DNA of 52,368 nucleotides from Phoronis australis (taxonomy: Eukaryota > Animalia > Phoronida), in the NCBI GenBank assembly GCA_002633005.1, contig NMRA01000663.1, positions 166,233-218,600 of the forward strand, read 5' to 3'. Within the stretch, counting starts at the first letter, position 1. Every line of letters starts with the position of its first letter. The translations under genes were made by a program, and so were the position numbers. The notes beneath the pieces are model-generated. The model ran no database searches. It was not told where the DNA came from and saw nothing but the letters and a program-made list of their open reading frames with translations. Shown here one piece after another: positions 25,938 to 37,310 of this stretch.

Positions 25938-26133
25938 ATTTTTTCGAGTTTTTGGCATCTGCTTAAACAATCATTTAAATGACTTGACAGATGCTTTCCT
26001 GATAAGAAGGCCAAAGCTGACATTGATTTTTGGACAGGTGTGACAACTGTGGCGCCTGCCGGTGGAGATTTTATTTTTTGCTTGGGGAAATGAAATTTCT
26101 CCATGTATGTTGCTTTGTCATAAAATTCGTTTG

Positions 26134-27448
26134 TTTTTATGCGCTCACATATTTATATGTGGTCGCCTATTGCCGTCATCTCTTTCTGGGTGTCCGCGGC
26201 TGTATCTCCTAAATCCCTTGCAGGATAGTATTGAAATTTGGCAGGTGTGTTCCTATGGGTTACGACAGAGGGCAACGAGTTTCGGTCCGACCCAAATACC
26301 GCTGTGCTCCCTAGTGGCAATTTAAGTTTTTTTACGTTTGCCTCTGTATCTTTAAAGGTCTTTAACCGATCTTTATGAAATTTGGTACATAGGCATCTAT
26401 TAATGAGTTCACGGCATCCTCCCGTTTTCGGATTGCTTGGATGGATTTTCCGCCATCTTGTGGCCATTTTTACTATTTTTGAGTCGTTTTTTGGCGTCCG
26501 CCCCTCTAACAACCAAACCACTCTAAGGATGATTGTGAAAATTGGCATGTATGGTCTTACTATGAAGAAGACAGTTGACAATGATTTGCCAATGACTTCG
26601 ACTACTGTGGCGCTTCCTACTGGCAGTTTTGTTTGTTTTTGCGCCCATGACTGTATTTACTAAACGCTCTATAGGATCTTTATTAAGTTTAGCAAATGTA
26701 TTTATATAAAATTGACAACAGACGACGACGACTTTCGGACAGATTGGTTTAATGGTGTGCTCCCTAGTGGCAATTTTATTTTTTTTACGATTATCTTTGT
26801 ATCATCAAAGGTTCTCGAGAGGTTTCTATAAAATTTGACACATACACATCCATTAGTGAGGTGACGCTAGCCATTCATCTTCAGATTGATTCAAGGTTTT
26901 TTGCGCCACCTTGTGGCCATTTTTGTTGTTTTTGAGTCTGTTTTGTGATGTTCATCCTTCTGTCAACCAAACCACTCTAAGGATGATTGTGAAAGTTGGC
27001 GTGTTACTTTCTATGAAGAGGACGGTTGCTGATGATTTTCTGATGACTTTGACTACTGTGGCGCCTCCTAGTGGCAGTTTTGTTTTTTGCACCAATACCC
27101 GTATCTCCTAAGCCCTTTGCAGGATCTTTATAAAATTTAGCACGTGTATTTATATGAAGTAACAAGAGAAGATGACTTTTAGACGGAAACGATGAACACT
27201 GTGCCCCCTAGTGGCAATTTCGTTTTTTTGTTTTCCTCTGTTTCTCTGAAGTTCCCTTGGCGAATTTTAATTAAAGTTGGTAAATGGCTTTCTTTTAAAG
27301 AAACTATGACTTTTTTGGTTTTCAGATGGATTCGGCATATTTTGCGCCATCTAGTGGCCATTTTAATGATACAAATAAACAACCCTAAAAGCAGACCATT
27401 TTTTGATGCATTCGTGGGCGCATTTCAACGCTCTGCGTTGCTCTTGTT
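26134..27448 (+). mobile_element. DINE-1/HINE-like element, best-preserved copy
   Basis: 5' TTTTTATGCGCTCACATATTTATATGTGGTCGC fold-back; 3' GTGGGCGCAT, CAACGC-TCT-GCGTTG hairpin and CTCTTGTT; no TSD; 8 CTCF-like motifs. Confidence 0.85.
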
Positions 27449-27450
27449 TG

Positions 27451-28159
27451 TTATGCGCCCACATATTTACCAGTTTGCCCCCTAGTGGCAATTCTAGTTT
27501 TTACGTTTACCTCTATATCTTCAAAGGTCCTCAAGGGATTTTTATAAAATTTGGAATATAGTCATCTATTGGTAAGATGACACTATCCTGTTTTCAGATG
27601 GAATCAAGGTATTTTGTGCCACCTAATAGCCATTTTTGCTGTTTTCGAGTACGTCCTTCTATCAACCAAACCATTCTAAGGATGATTGTGAAAATTGGCA
27701 TACATGTTCTCAGTGTGAAGAGGATGGTTGACCACGATTTTCCAACGACTTTGACTGCTGTGGCGCCTCCTAGTGGCAGTTAATTTTTTTGCATTCATAG
27801 CTGTATCTCCTAAAACTCCTAAACCTAGTGCAGGACCTTAATTAAATTAAGCAAGTGTATTTATATGAAGTTGGCAACAGACGAGGACGACTTTCAGACG
27901 AATCGGGTGAATGCTGTGCTCCCTAGTGGCAATTTCGTTTTTTCTTGTTTCCTTTGCTTCTCTGAAGTTCTTGACCTATTTTTATTAAATTTGGAAATTT
28001 CTTTCTATTGAAGAAACGATGGCATGTTCCCGTTTTCGGATAGATTTGATGTATTTTGCGCCATCTAGTGGCCATTTTTATGATATAAATATACACCCCA
28101 GAAGCACACCATTAGGGATGCATTGGTGGATGCATTTCAAGGCTCTGTGGCTGTTGCTT
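27451..28159 (+). mobile_element. DINE-1/HINE-like element, head-to-tail with the previous copy and internally deleted
   Basis: Starts TTATGCGCCCACATAT directly after the previous 3' end; ends GGTGGATGCATTTCAAGGCTCTGTGGCTGTTGCTT. Confidence 0.75.
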
Positions 28160-28259
28160 AATTTCTAATTACTTTCACCATGTGTCACTCTTCAGAGCAC
28201 TTTCATTTGCGTCTTCTGCTCCTTACTCTTTTTGAAACTTTTACAAGTGCTCTATTTTA

Positions 28260-28920
28260 AATGTGACTCCAGTTACCTATGAGGTTTTGACGGTTCTGAC
28301 TACCGCTGTGCCCCCTAGTGGCAATTTTAGTTTCTATGCTTGCCTCAGTTCTGCAATGCTTTTTAATGAACTTTTGCAAACAAGTTTCTGTTCTGGCGAC
28401 CACAACATCATTCCATTTCGGGATGGCTTTTACACCTTCTGTGCCACCTAATGGGCACTTTCATTATTTTGGAGTCGTCTGCCTCTGTATTTGCGTAAGG
28501 GATCAGCCATCATTACGAAAATTGGCAGATATATTCCTACTGACAAGAGCAGGACTGACATGGATTTTCAGATGGATCCAACTGGTCAGGCGCCCCCTAG
28601 TGACATTTTTGTTTCTGATGCTGTATCTCCTAAACATCCCTGTAGCATCCTTTGAAAGCTGGCAAGTTTATACCTATTAACTTAAAAGATGTACGGGTTG
28701 GACTAACGCTTTGCCTCCTATTGGAAATTTGTTTTCCTTTTCTCGTTTGCCTCTGTAATCCTAAGACTGATTTTCATGAAATATAGTTAATAGCTTTCTA
28801 TTTAGGAGACGACGACCCGTTCCCATTTTCAGACATATTTGAGGTATTGCGTGCCATCTAATGGCTGTTTTATCATGCCAATTAACACCCCTAGAAGTAC
28901 ACCAGTTGCACTACAGTTGT
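28260..28920 (+). mobile_element. Older fragment of the same HINE-like family
   Basis: Degenerate monomers with motifs at ~28308, 28441, 28589, 28714 and 28851; 3' CCCTAGAAGTACACC block. Confidence 0.7.
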
Positions 28921-29218
28921 GAAAGTTGAAACCACTTGATGGAATAAATTATCCCGCTTATTATCATAATTAATGTCAAAAGCGAGGGTATGACGTTACA
29001 TATATATATTCTTTGTACATTTTTAAACATTAATAAACTCTTTGTACTCTTTTGCAATTAATCCCTGTTCATATTTTAATGTTGACCTCTGCTATGTATG
29101 CAGCTCAGCTCCTTGGAGGAGCACACTGGCGTACGTGTTCCACAGTAGATCAGCGAAAAACACCCCAGATTTGTATGACAAGTAAAACCACGTTTCCCGT
29201 TAATTGGTGGGTGCAGGT

Positions 29219-29864
29219 TGTTACCGACCGGTGCTAATAGCTTTCGGTGTACTATAAACCGAAGACTGATTCGAGTTAGTCACTTTATTAATCTCGACCG
29301 TCCGTTCTCAAGTCTACTCAAACAAAAGGTCCAAGGTAATGCCTGTTCTATGCTCCAGCCAGTACTGCAAGCCTTCACTTGTGATGAACTTCTGAGGCAC
29401 TTCCAGCAACTGGTACACTCGCTGATTCAATAACCTGCTGTCAGTATAGCTGGCTCTCTATAGACTTTCGCTGTAACTGCTGATTCTCTTCCCTGCAACT
29501 CAATTTAAACTCTGTTGTAACTAACTACCTTAAACTCTCTTGTAACTAACTAAAGTAACCTACGCCTGGGTATTTATAGTCTCTTGCAATATTCTGGAAC
29601 TTTTCACCAAATCAAGCACATTTTAGAATTTTCTGGAATCTACCCAAACATTCTACAAACATTTACTGGGCTCTAGAATGTTCCAGACTACATAAATCAC
29701 CAACATGCTAGAATCTTTTAGAATGTTCCCTACCATACCATTGTAAACAAATATCATTGTCCTGACCTCATGGGTAATGTCAATTAAGTGCTAACCACTA
29801 GTCCATGAACATAACAATAGAGTAAAATAATTAAACTAAGTACTATGTCAGGTTACTCCTGACA
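29219..29864 (-). mobile_element. Solo LTR with heat-shock elements
   Basis: TGT…ACA termini. On the minus strand the order is HSE arrays (29592-29728), CTATAAATA (29571-29579), then AATAAA (~29284-29289) about 65 bp before the end. No PBS and no clean TSD. Confidence 0.65.
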
Positions 29865-29900
29865 ATCTTTCTGCACAAGCAAATTAAATTGCACAATGCA

Positions 29901-30187
29901 TGCGCGCACCCAGCCTAAAATATAAGGAGGCTCGAATTCTTCGATATGTGGACCCTTTACTGAAAAAAATCAGCGAGGACTAAAAAAACGGGGCCGCTAG
30001 ATTCAGGCTGCCAATCGTGCATCCGCGCTGAATTCCTGTGGACTTTGTGGACCTTGGTGTCGTTTACTCTGACTTTTTGTTTCGCTGAGGCAGACCTTTT
30101 TGCCCATTTCGCCAAAGTGGGGGGCTCGTTTGAGCCCCCCCCCCCCCNNNNNNNNNNCCCCCCCCCCCCCTCCTGGGTGCTCCCACG
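29901..30187 (-). mobile_element. MITE, CATGCGCGC family
   Basis: Inverted homologue of 2684-3023; flanks CAATG/CAATA; contains an N gap within poly-C. Confidence 0.75.
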
Positions 30188-30400
30188 CAATACCTTAACA
30201 CACTGGTAGTCTGGCTGTACACTGAGTTAGCTCATGTGCCGCATGCTGAGTGAACTATCGTGCTCTGGAACTATAGTATTTTTGCATGAAGGCTCGATCA
30301 TGGAACATATACTGAGGTGATGTAGCTGGTCTTTCAGGCAACAGCAAAACAAAGGTGCCAAATATCAATATCTTGTTACTGTTTATAATTATTATAGAGA

Positions 30401-31774
30401 ATGAGCTACCCAGACGGCACCGCTGTCACCAGAAGTGAGCCCCCTTCTACCATTCCAAGGTATGTCATTCGTGCAACTAGTCCCATTGGCTTACAACCTC
30501 GTCAACTCCAACCTCTGGCTCCGGGGCCCAGCTCCACGGTCATCAGACCTCTGCTTTTGTCTAAAGACGATTACTGGAGTGATCCTCAACTAGTAACTCG
30601 GTCGCCGATGGGCCAGGTTTTGATCAGCCCGTCTGGGTCAACGAGAAAAAAGCGTGCCTTTATGCCGGATGACAGGAAAGACGAGAAGTACTGGGAAAAA
30701 CGGCGGCGCAACAATGCAGCAGCGAGGCGGTCACGTGAGAAGAGGAAGATCGTGGATGTCACTATGGAGCAACAGATACACGCACTGACCATGGAGAATA
30801 ACCATCTGCGAGCTGAGCTTAATAGGTTACGCAAACGATTCAACGCTAGCGACAAGGGGCCTTCATCTACAATCACCTCGTCTATGGATACTACCACCTC
30901 TGTGAAAGAATCACGGTCTAATAGCGTCATGCACATTCACAGTAGCAGCAACAGGAGTATGTCGAGCAGTGATACTGGATTTAACGACGACGTTTGCAGC
31001 AGAGGTGCATCTTCGAGCATAGATGAGCCAAGTCACCTGCACACCTTGGCAGTCGCAGCCCAGGTGGTGTCGGACATAAGCGTTCCTGCTGTAAATGTTC
31101 CTGACGTAAGCGTCCCTGACGTAAGCGTTCCCGAGAATATGTACAAAACATTGAACAATGAACACAAGAAGATGTTATCTGACTCTGGGTTGGAAAGCAA
31201 GACTTCGAGCGATTCTGGAGTGGAGCAGGAACAGCGCTCTGTGCTTCAATCAACGGAGGGAACCGTGTCGGGAGACACTTGCAGCATTAGCTCCAGAGGG
31301 AGTGGCAGTGACTTTCTGTCTCTGCCTTCTGAAGAAACTTCATCGAAAGATACCAGGTCAGATACCCCTGGCTCGCAGGACGACAGCTCGGAGAAACAGC
31401 GCATCCTCACTTTGAAAAGCTTGCCGCACAAGCTGCGCTACAAAGTAGATTCTAACTGGGCGTACTCCGAAAGTTCATCAACGTCGGCTTCTCCAGAAAT
31501 GCCCGAAGAATCACCATCCAACGAAGCGACCAGTCCTGTACGTGTTGGCTTCATGAAGCAGACGGCTGTTAGTCAGAAGAAGCATCAACAGTACCTTGAA
31601 AATCGTATGAGGAATAACGTAGCCAATAGGAAAGCGAAGCATATCTATAAGACGGAACAAAATGGTGGCGAAGAAGCTACGGAGAATGAAAATGCGGAGA
31701 TGAGGCGAGAATTGGAAATGATGAAGAAACAATTGGAGGAATTGAAAAAGCAATTTGATGAGCAGAAGAAGTAA
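30401..31774 (+). CDS. NFIL3: Nuclear factor interleukin-3-regulated protein / E4BP4 / vrille-like bZIP transcriptional repressor (main coding exon, 457 aa)
   Basis: RKKRAFMPDDRKDEKYWEKRRRNNAAARRSREKRK plus a leucine zipper (30644-30841), with no PAR domain. LPHKLRYK (31421-31444) is the hallmark NFIL3/vrille repression-region motif. Ser-rich linker; splice acceptor TAG at 30395-30397, so the true N-terminus may lie upstream. Confidence 0.95.
   Translation: MSYPDGTAVTRSEPPSTIPRYVIRATSPIGLQPRQLQPLAPGPSSTVIRPLLLSKDDYWSDPQLVTRSPMGQVLISPSGSTRKKRAFMPDDRKDEKYWEKRRRNNAAARRSREKRKIVDVTMEQQIHALTMENNHLRAELNRLRKRFNASDKGPSSTITSSMDTTTSVKESRSNSVMHIHSSSNRSMSSSDTGFNDDVCSRGASSSIDEPSHLHTLAVAAQVVSDISVPAVNVPDVSVPDVSVPENMYKTLNNEHKKMLSDSGLESKTSSDSGVEQEQRSVLQSTEGTVSGDTCSISSRGSGSDFLSLPSEETSSKDTRSDTPGSQDDSSEKQRILTLKSLPHKLRYKVDSNWAYSESSSTSASPEMPEESPSNEATSPVRVGFMKQTAVSQKKHQQYLENRMRNNVANRKAKHIYKTEQNGGEEATENENAEMRRELEMMKKQLEELKKQFDEQKK
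31073..31135 (+). repeat. In-frame 15-nt coding tandem repeat (DISVP-AVNVP-DVSVP-DVSVP)
   Basis: Four GACGTAAGCGTYCCT-like units within the NFIL3 CDS. Confidence 0.85.
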
Positions 31775-34700
31775 CTGTGTATTTAATTTCAAGAACACGT
31801 GTTGTGTTGGATGGCAGGCGATTGTTAACTGGTTTCAACTGAAGTATATATTAAGAGTTGGTGAGATGTCGATTACTTGTTGTTAACAGTTGTACATCGT
31901 TCTGAGGTTTCGAGGTAGTTCGTGGCTGGGACTTGGCGGACCAACCCCGTCGGTGACAATCTTAATGAAGCCACTGTTGTGATGTATGCCGAAATGACGA
32001 TATATCAGCATGTAATGAACTGTGAAGCTGTAGTAAATAGTCTAACAAATGACTGAACCTTGTGTTGTAGTGCATAAACAGCTTGAAAATTCTTGTGTGT
32101 TCGATGCCGTGCTGTCAAAGTCAACTGTGCGCTTTGATCTCTGGAGAATACCCGTCATTTCCATATCAGAAGCCGTACTCTACCTCATTCAAAATTACTA
32201 TTTTTTATTACTGTATAATCACAAGACCGGTTGAAATAGGCTGAAGGAACCATCTCTGTATTAATGGTGGTAATTAAACATCGTTCAGTAATTACACAAC
32301 GCGCATGTCTCTTTCGAAAGAAAAATCTGCATTTCATGTTACTCTTACAGTTGCTGGCTAAACTAAAGAGTGCTTATAATGTTAGGAGATTTGTTATTGC
32401 TGATCTTGAAATTCTTGTTTGCACAGAACAATCGCGCATTTATGTTCATGTTAAGTGTATTGCCATGTCTTACAAATGTTTGTTATTGCTTAGAAGTGCA
32501 TTTCTAGTCATTTCTTGTGTGATTCTTATTTCATTGGCGTAACTCCCATAATGTGAGTTAAGCACAACTGTTGTGTTTAAGTCTTTGTGTGGAATTTGCC
32601 TAAGAGTGAGCCTGAAAAGTTATTTCTGAAATATTCCTTTTGTGGATGTGTTGGAATGTGAATCGTTAAAATTGTTGAAGTAAAATTCAGTGTAACTAGT
32701 AATAGTGAACGACTTTGGCTTGTACTAACATTGTTATGGTGTTTTATAAGGATAGACATTATCTGAAATGTTTATTTCTTCTTTCGCTGTCAAAGTGAAA
32801 TATGTGTTGAGATTTTAGTACATGAAGTTAATAGAATTAGTTGTGTTAAGAACAAGAATCCCCATGCAGTGCTATTTATTGATGTTGTTAAGCAGTCGGC
32901 TTTGATAGCTTCCTGTTTTTTGGCTGTTAAGTGGTATTCTTTGAATGAAACCAAGTGTTACTGAGGAAAAATGTGCTTCTGGACAACATTGTAGAATGAC
33001 ATATTAGTTATTTGAAGGAGTCTTTTTAGGATTTTTGATTTCTTAATTAAGTTATTACTCAAATTTTACTCTGTCATTTTAGGTACCGAACGGAGATCAA
33101 CATTTGTTAGGGGGATAGGGTACTCCGCTGTAAACCAAAGTTGATTTCAATTTGAAATTGACATTTATATGTTGCCGCATGGGGTTGAAAGTAGCAGTTT
33201 TCTTTTAAGCATGTTTTATTGAATACCATGCCAAGTTCACTGACGGCACACTGCTGTATGGTGTGAATAAAACACGTTTATTTTAAGAGAATAATTACAA
33301 TAAAATGTAACAAATTTTATGTGAAATTCTACTGTTTCATAGGTTCTATTACCATAGCTTCCATCAGACGTTTTGAAAACTGTGCCATTCATATTACCAA
33401 GAGGGTCAATTTCAGAAATTATTTTTGTCTGTATGAGGTGAAATTGTACCATAATGTTATTTTAATGAAGCTATGTTACGCACAATGTTATCGTATGATG
33501 TTTTGATTGTTTGTGTCTAGTACAATATACAGGGTGGTAAGGACGGCTAACTGGGGTGGTAATGGAGGCCGATGATGTCACGTTTGTCACATAATGTACC
33601 AAGCAATGTTCTGTTACTTGTGAAATGTTTCCGACATTAAGAATCAGAGAAAACAAAGAAGGCTTATAAATTGTCTAAGTTTTATTCATGTTGCTTGAAA
33701 GTACTTAAATAGATACAAAACCCTGGTTTAGCCGATTCACAGTTAAAACTGGAACACCTGTTCAGAAGCAAAATAATGCACTATAATCCTTGTCAACACT
33801 CAATTGACCTATCGCAAGCTCCGCCCCCTTGCATAATGTCGACTAACAAACAATAAGTTTTTCCCGACAACGTGTTGTTTGTCGGGTAAAATGGCGGCTT
33901 GGAAACGAAGGTGTGTCAAGAATGACGAGTTCTAAATGGTCAGTTAAGCCGTCACTTGGCGATAGGTCAATTGGGAACAAGTTTGAAAACTCCCTTTCTG
34001 CTATATTCTGCAAACATGTGCAATTTGGCGAGTTGATCAATAACTGTGGAAAAAGAAAACCCAGCTCAAAGGTGCATCTACTCAGAAACTGACGATAAAA
34101 CCAGTTCAAAGTGTAATTGCCAAAGCAGGGTTTCGTATCATTTTTATTTTGTAAGCTTAGTATAAATAAGCATGGATAATGTTCTCGTTGTTGAATGTAA
34201 GGTCTGTGATTACTAGTTATAAATCATTTATTTTGTGGCAATAAAAAGCTGAAATGAGTTCAGTGCTGTTTCCATTACTGTCAACAAGGTTTAAAATTTT
34301 GGCTTAGATTTGCCATGACAGGAACTATTTATCGTCATGTGGTACTTGCATCGCTGTAGAATAATGTCGGATTTTAAAGAACGCGTAAATTTTGAAGAAA
34401 ATGGGATCCTTAAAAAATAGTTGCTGCACCACCTGGGCCCAGTTGCATATAAGTTATACGCATTATAGCAACAATGACGTCGCATTATCACGCGTCATGC
34501 AACTATCAAAGTTATCCAGCGGATATCTTATGAAGCTTTATGCAGCTTAGCCCTTGTGGCAAACGCTGCAAGTGAATTGGGTTGTTCTGGGCCGATTGCA
34601 AAAAGGTGGTTTCATTTATAGGACATTGGGGATTTTTTGTATTATTTCATAGCAGACTGGTTAATTAGCATGTGAACGTTTTCTTTAATCAAGGGCAAAA

Positions 34701-36009
34701 CAAAGTTGTAACGTGGAATTTACTGTACAAAACCTCTTTTTTGTACGGAATAAAGGTTCACGATATACCATACTACCTAGCATCAACGTTTGCGTTTCCG
34801 GCGTCCTATTTATAGCGGGCTAAAAAATGAAAATTTAAATTGGCTTAGTTTATACTCTCGTAAACTCATTCTTGTAATAATACCTTCACAGAATTCCGTT
34901 CCATTGTCAAGTGAAATCACGGGCAAGTGAAATGAATCACAGGTAATGGTTACATGCGCTACTTTGGATTTGCATTTTTTAGTTGGACTGGGACAAAGGG
35001 AATGCATAAATGCATCATTTTTGAATTTGTATTTTCATGAGAGGTCACCCCAATAAACAGGTGTTTTCACGAGAAGGTGAGGGTTTTGATGTTTTTTTGT
35101 TTACAGAATATCCAATCAAAATAGAGAATATTACTGGAACGATTCTGTAAAAATAACACTTCATTCAACCTTCGTCAAGTCAGCTGAGCAAAACGAAATG
35201 CAGAAAGGGAGTATGAACTACTCTGGCCTTGTTGAAACGTCTGAGCCGAGCGTTTGTTTCAAAAGTTATAACTACAACAAATCTCATTTTATGATCGACA
35301 TATGTCCCAAAAAATAGATAAATGATACGTGCGTCGCAAGCTCGTTACCAGAGATGAAAGGAGATTGATGTAGGAGATATAAGGTCATTTATTATGACTA
35401 GTACAATTACAATAAAATGAATACAGGTAAATAAGTATAACAGGTAATCTCTGGTAAGATGGGCAATAAAAAGCGCCGGCCGCGTGGAAGTACGAGAGAA
35501 TGACGAAAACTGGGAGGAAGAGGGTGGGAAAATTGAATGAGTTTTTGACGTACGACAATGTGGCCGGAACAAAGTGAATTGAAAGCGAGGTTACAATAAC
35601 AAAGTAAAACGCCCCTAAAGACACGTGACAATCATCAGCCTATAAGAGCCAAGAGCTGACCAAACTCGAGGCACGTGATAACAACAGACCAATGCGAAGG
35701 CTGGAAAAACGTCGTGTAGTCCTGCACGAGGGAATAATGGAATAGACCAAGATGAGGGGGAAAAGGAGTAAGGCGAGTCCATATGCTCACATAAATATAT
35801 TTAACGAGTGAAATACCATTTCTCAAACAATTAATTACCCTGGTGAGTGAACTGTGAGACAAGCCGCTGGAGACATGTTAGACGAAGTATCTGCGTAGTT
35901 ACCCAGATGCAATTCCAACATGCAATCGAAAAGCGTATACGTTCACTTCACACGCTCACAATGTGCTGAGTAGCCTATTACATGATTACCTCAAATCTGC
36001 CACACTATA

Positions 36010-36154
36010 TAGAATAGTGAAACGAGAAAAACTAAAACGACGAGCATTGGTACTAAAATATATTAAAATATCCCTACTTTTCGAGTGATGCGCTCTTTGT
36101 CAAGGGTGTGCTACCGACGCTCGTCATTTTAGTTTTTCTATTTTTACTATTCTG
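36010..36154. mobile_element. Small MITE with ~43-bp TIRs and TA flanks (Tc1/mariner-like)
   Basis: TAGAATAGTGAAACGAGAAAAACTAAAACGACGAGCATTGGTA pairs with TACCGACGCTCGTCATTTTAGTTTTTCTATTTTTACTATTCTG; TA on both sides. Confidence 0.8.
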
Positions 36155-36280
36155 TATTATTCGACGGTAACTGCACGGCATTCCAACATCTACTTGATTT
36201 TAAGTCTATAGACACGCCGGTATCAGAAAGAGGCAGTTACGGCTTCAGAAGTTGATATTGTTTGGGAGTATCACTTAGCA

Positions 36281-37310
36281 TGGGCGGCACACCATAGGGG
36301 GCTGGGGGGAGCTGGCTATAGCCCCCATTTTTTCACTGCTAGGCAGCACATGGTCTATAGGCGGTGCACCACAGGGGGGCTGAGGGGGCTTTAGCCCCCC
36401 ACTTTAGTTTCAGTGCTGCGCCGCATTTGGCAAGTCAGCGTGCTGCTAGGTGGCCCAGGTATCCTCGAGGAAGGTGCCACTTAATTTTCCTCGAGAATTT
36501 TTTTACACCGGTCGAATTCTCAACAGGTAGCGCTTTACGCAAACAAACTGGCATTCTTATGGAGGAAGTGTAAATGTGGTCTGTTGTACAGACAAATCCG
36601 GGTGCTTAACTCATGTTCAAGAAATGTGAATCAGAAAATTGTGGTTGCGCGTTTTCGGAGTGCATTTTTCTACTGTCTGAGTTTTGTTTACGTTGCTGTC
36701 CTGTATTCACACAGTATGAATAAACCACTGTTAAATCGGCCAGATATGTGTTTATTGCCAGTACGTATGTGCTTCAAGCATGATGCGGCTATTAAACATT
36801 ACTGCAGAAACGACATACTTGCTGTTACGCCATTTGCATGACAAGGCTAAAAATCGTTCATAGTCCACGTTGTTGTAAAGGTAACCAACGACTGCCGAGT
36901 AACCAATGCTAAAGCGCGTGCCGCTACTGCGTGATACCTGCGTGATACCTGCGTGCTGGCTAGGCACGTAGGGAACCAGCGAGGAGTTACATAAGCAGTG
37001 TATCCAATCGGTGATCAAGGCAACCTCCACTGTTAACATCATTCTGGCATCTGTATAGGCCTACTGTGGCCGATAACTATTCCAATTTCTCCAAAGGTTT
37101 TTCCCATCACATGGCAAACTGAAAACATCGATTAAAATCTACGAAAGCTTACTCATTAATTATGTAGATTTCTGCTCAAGTTTACTTGTCCAACTTGACA
37201 CACTGCCTCAATTTTGGCCTCTATTACACGAATCTCTCAAACACACTGACTTCTACATCAGCCAGTGTACAGTGAGGTCCAACAGGGCCACTATTATGCT
37301 CCGCACTATG
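36281..37310. mobile_element. Possible GC-rich-terminus non-autonomous DNA element with a duplicated left end
   Basis: CATGGGCGGCACACCATAGGGG (36281) and TATAGGCGGTGCACCACAGGGG (36356) are repeated heads; CTCCGCACTATG (~37299-37310) is a candidate right end. Confidence 0.4.

Noticed and set aside
24345-28680. Many short, mutually similar ORFs (…TLRMIVKIG…PPSGNF…)
   Set aside because: They are translations of the tandem repeat in shifting frames with stops, and show no protein-family signal.
24417-28920. Regularly spaced repeats resembling a CRISPR array
   Set aside because: The 'spacers' are homologous to each other, the units are ~150 bp, the context is eukaryotic and there are no cas genes.
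30133-30170. Long poly-C tracts with Ns (also ~20249-20268) as G-quadruplex signals
   Set aside because: They abut assembly Ns, so their length is unreliable, and the 30.1-kb tract lies within a MITE terminus.
30401-31774. Assignment as PAR-bZIP (TEF/HLF/DBP/Pdp1) or giant
   Set aside because: No PAR domain; the N-terminal bZIP position and the LPHKLR motif indicate NFIL3/vrille.
30586-31798. Antisense and alternative-frame ORFs over NFIL3
   Set aside because: Shadow ORFs of a GC-richer coding exon.
31794-31803. AACACGTGTT palindrome just after the stop codon; isolated D-box at ~52190
   Set aside because: Single motifs are expected by chance in 52 kb.
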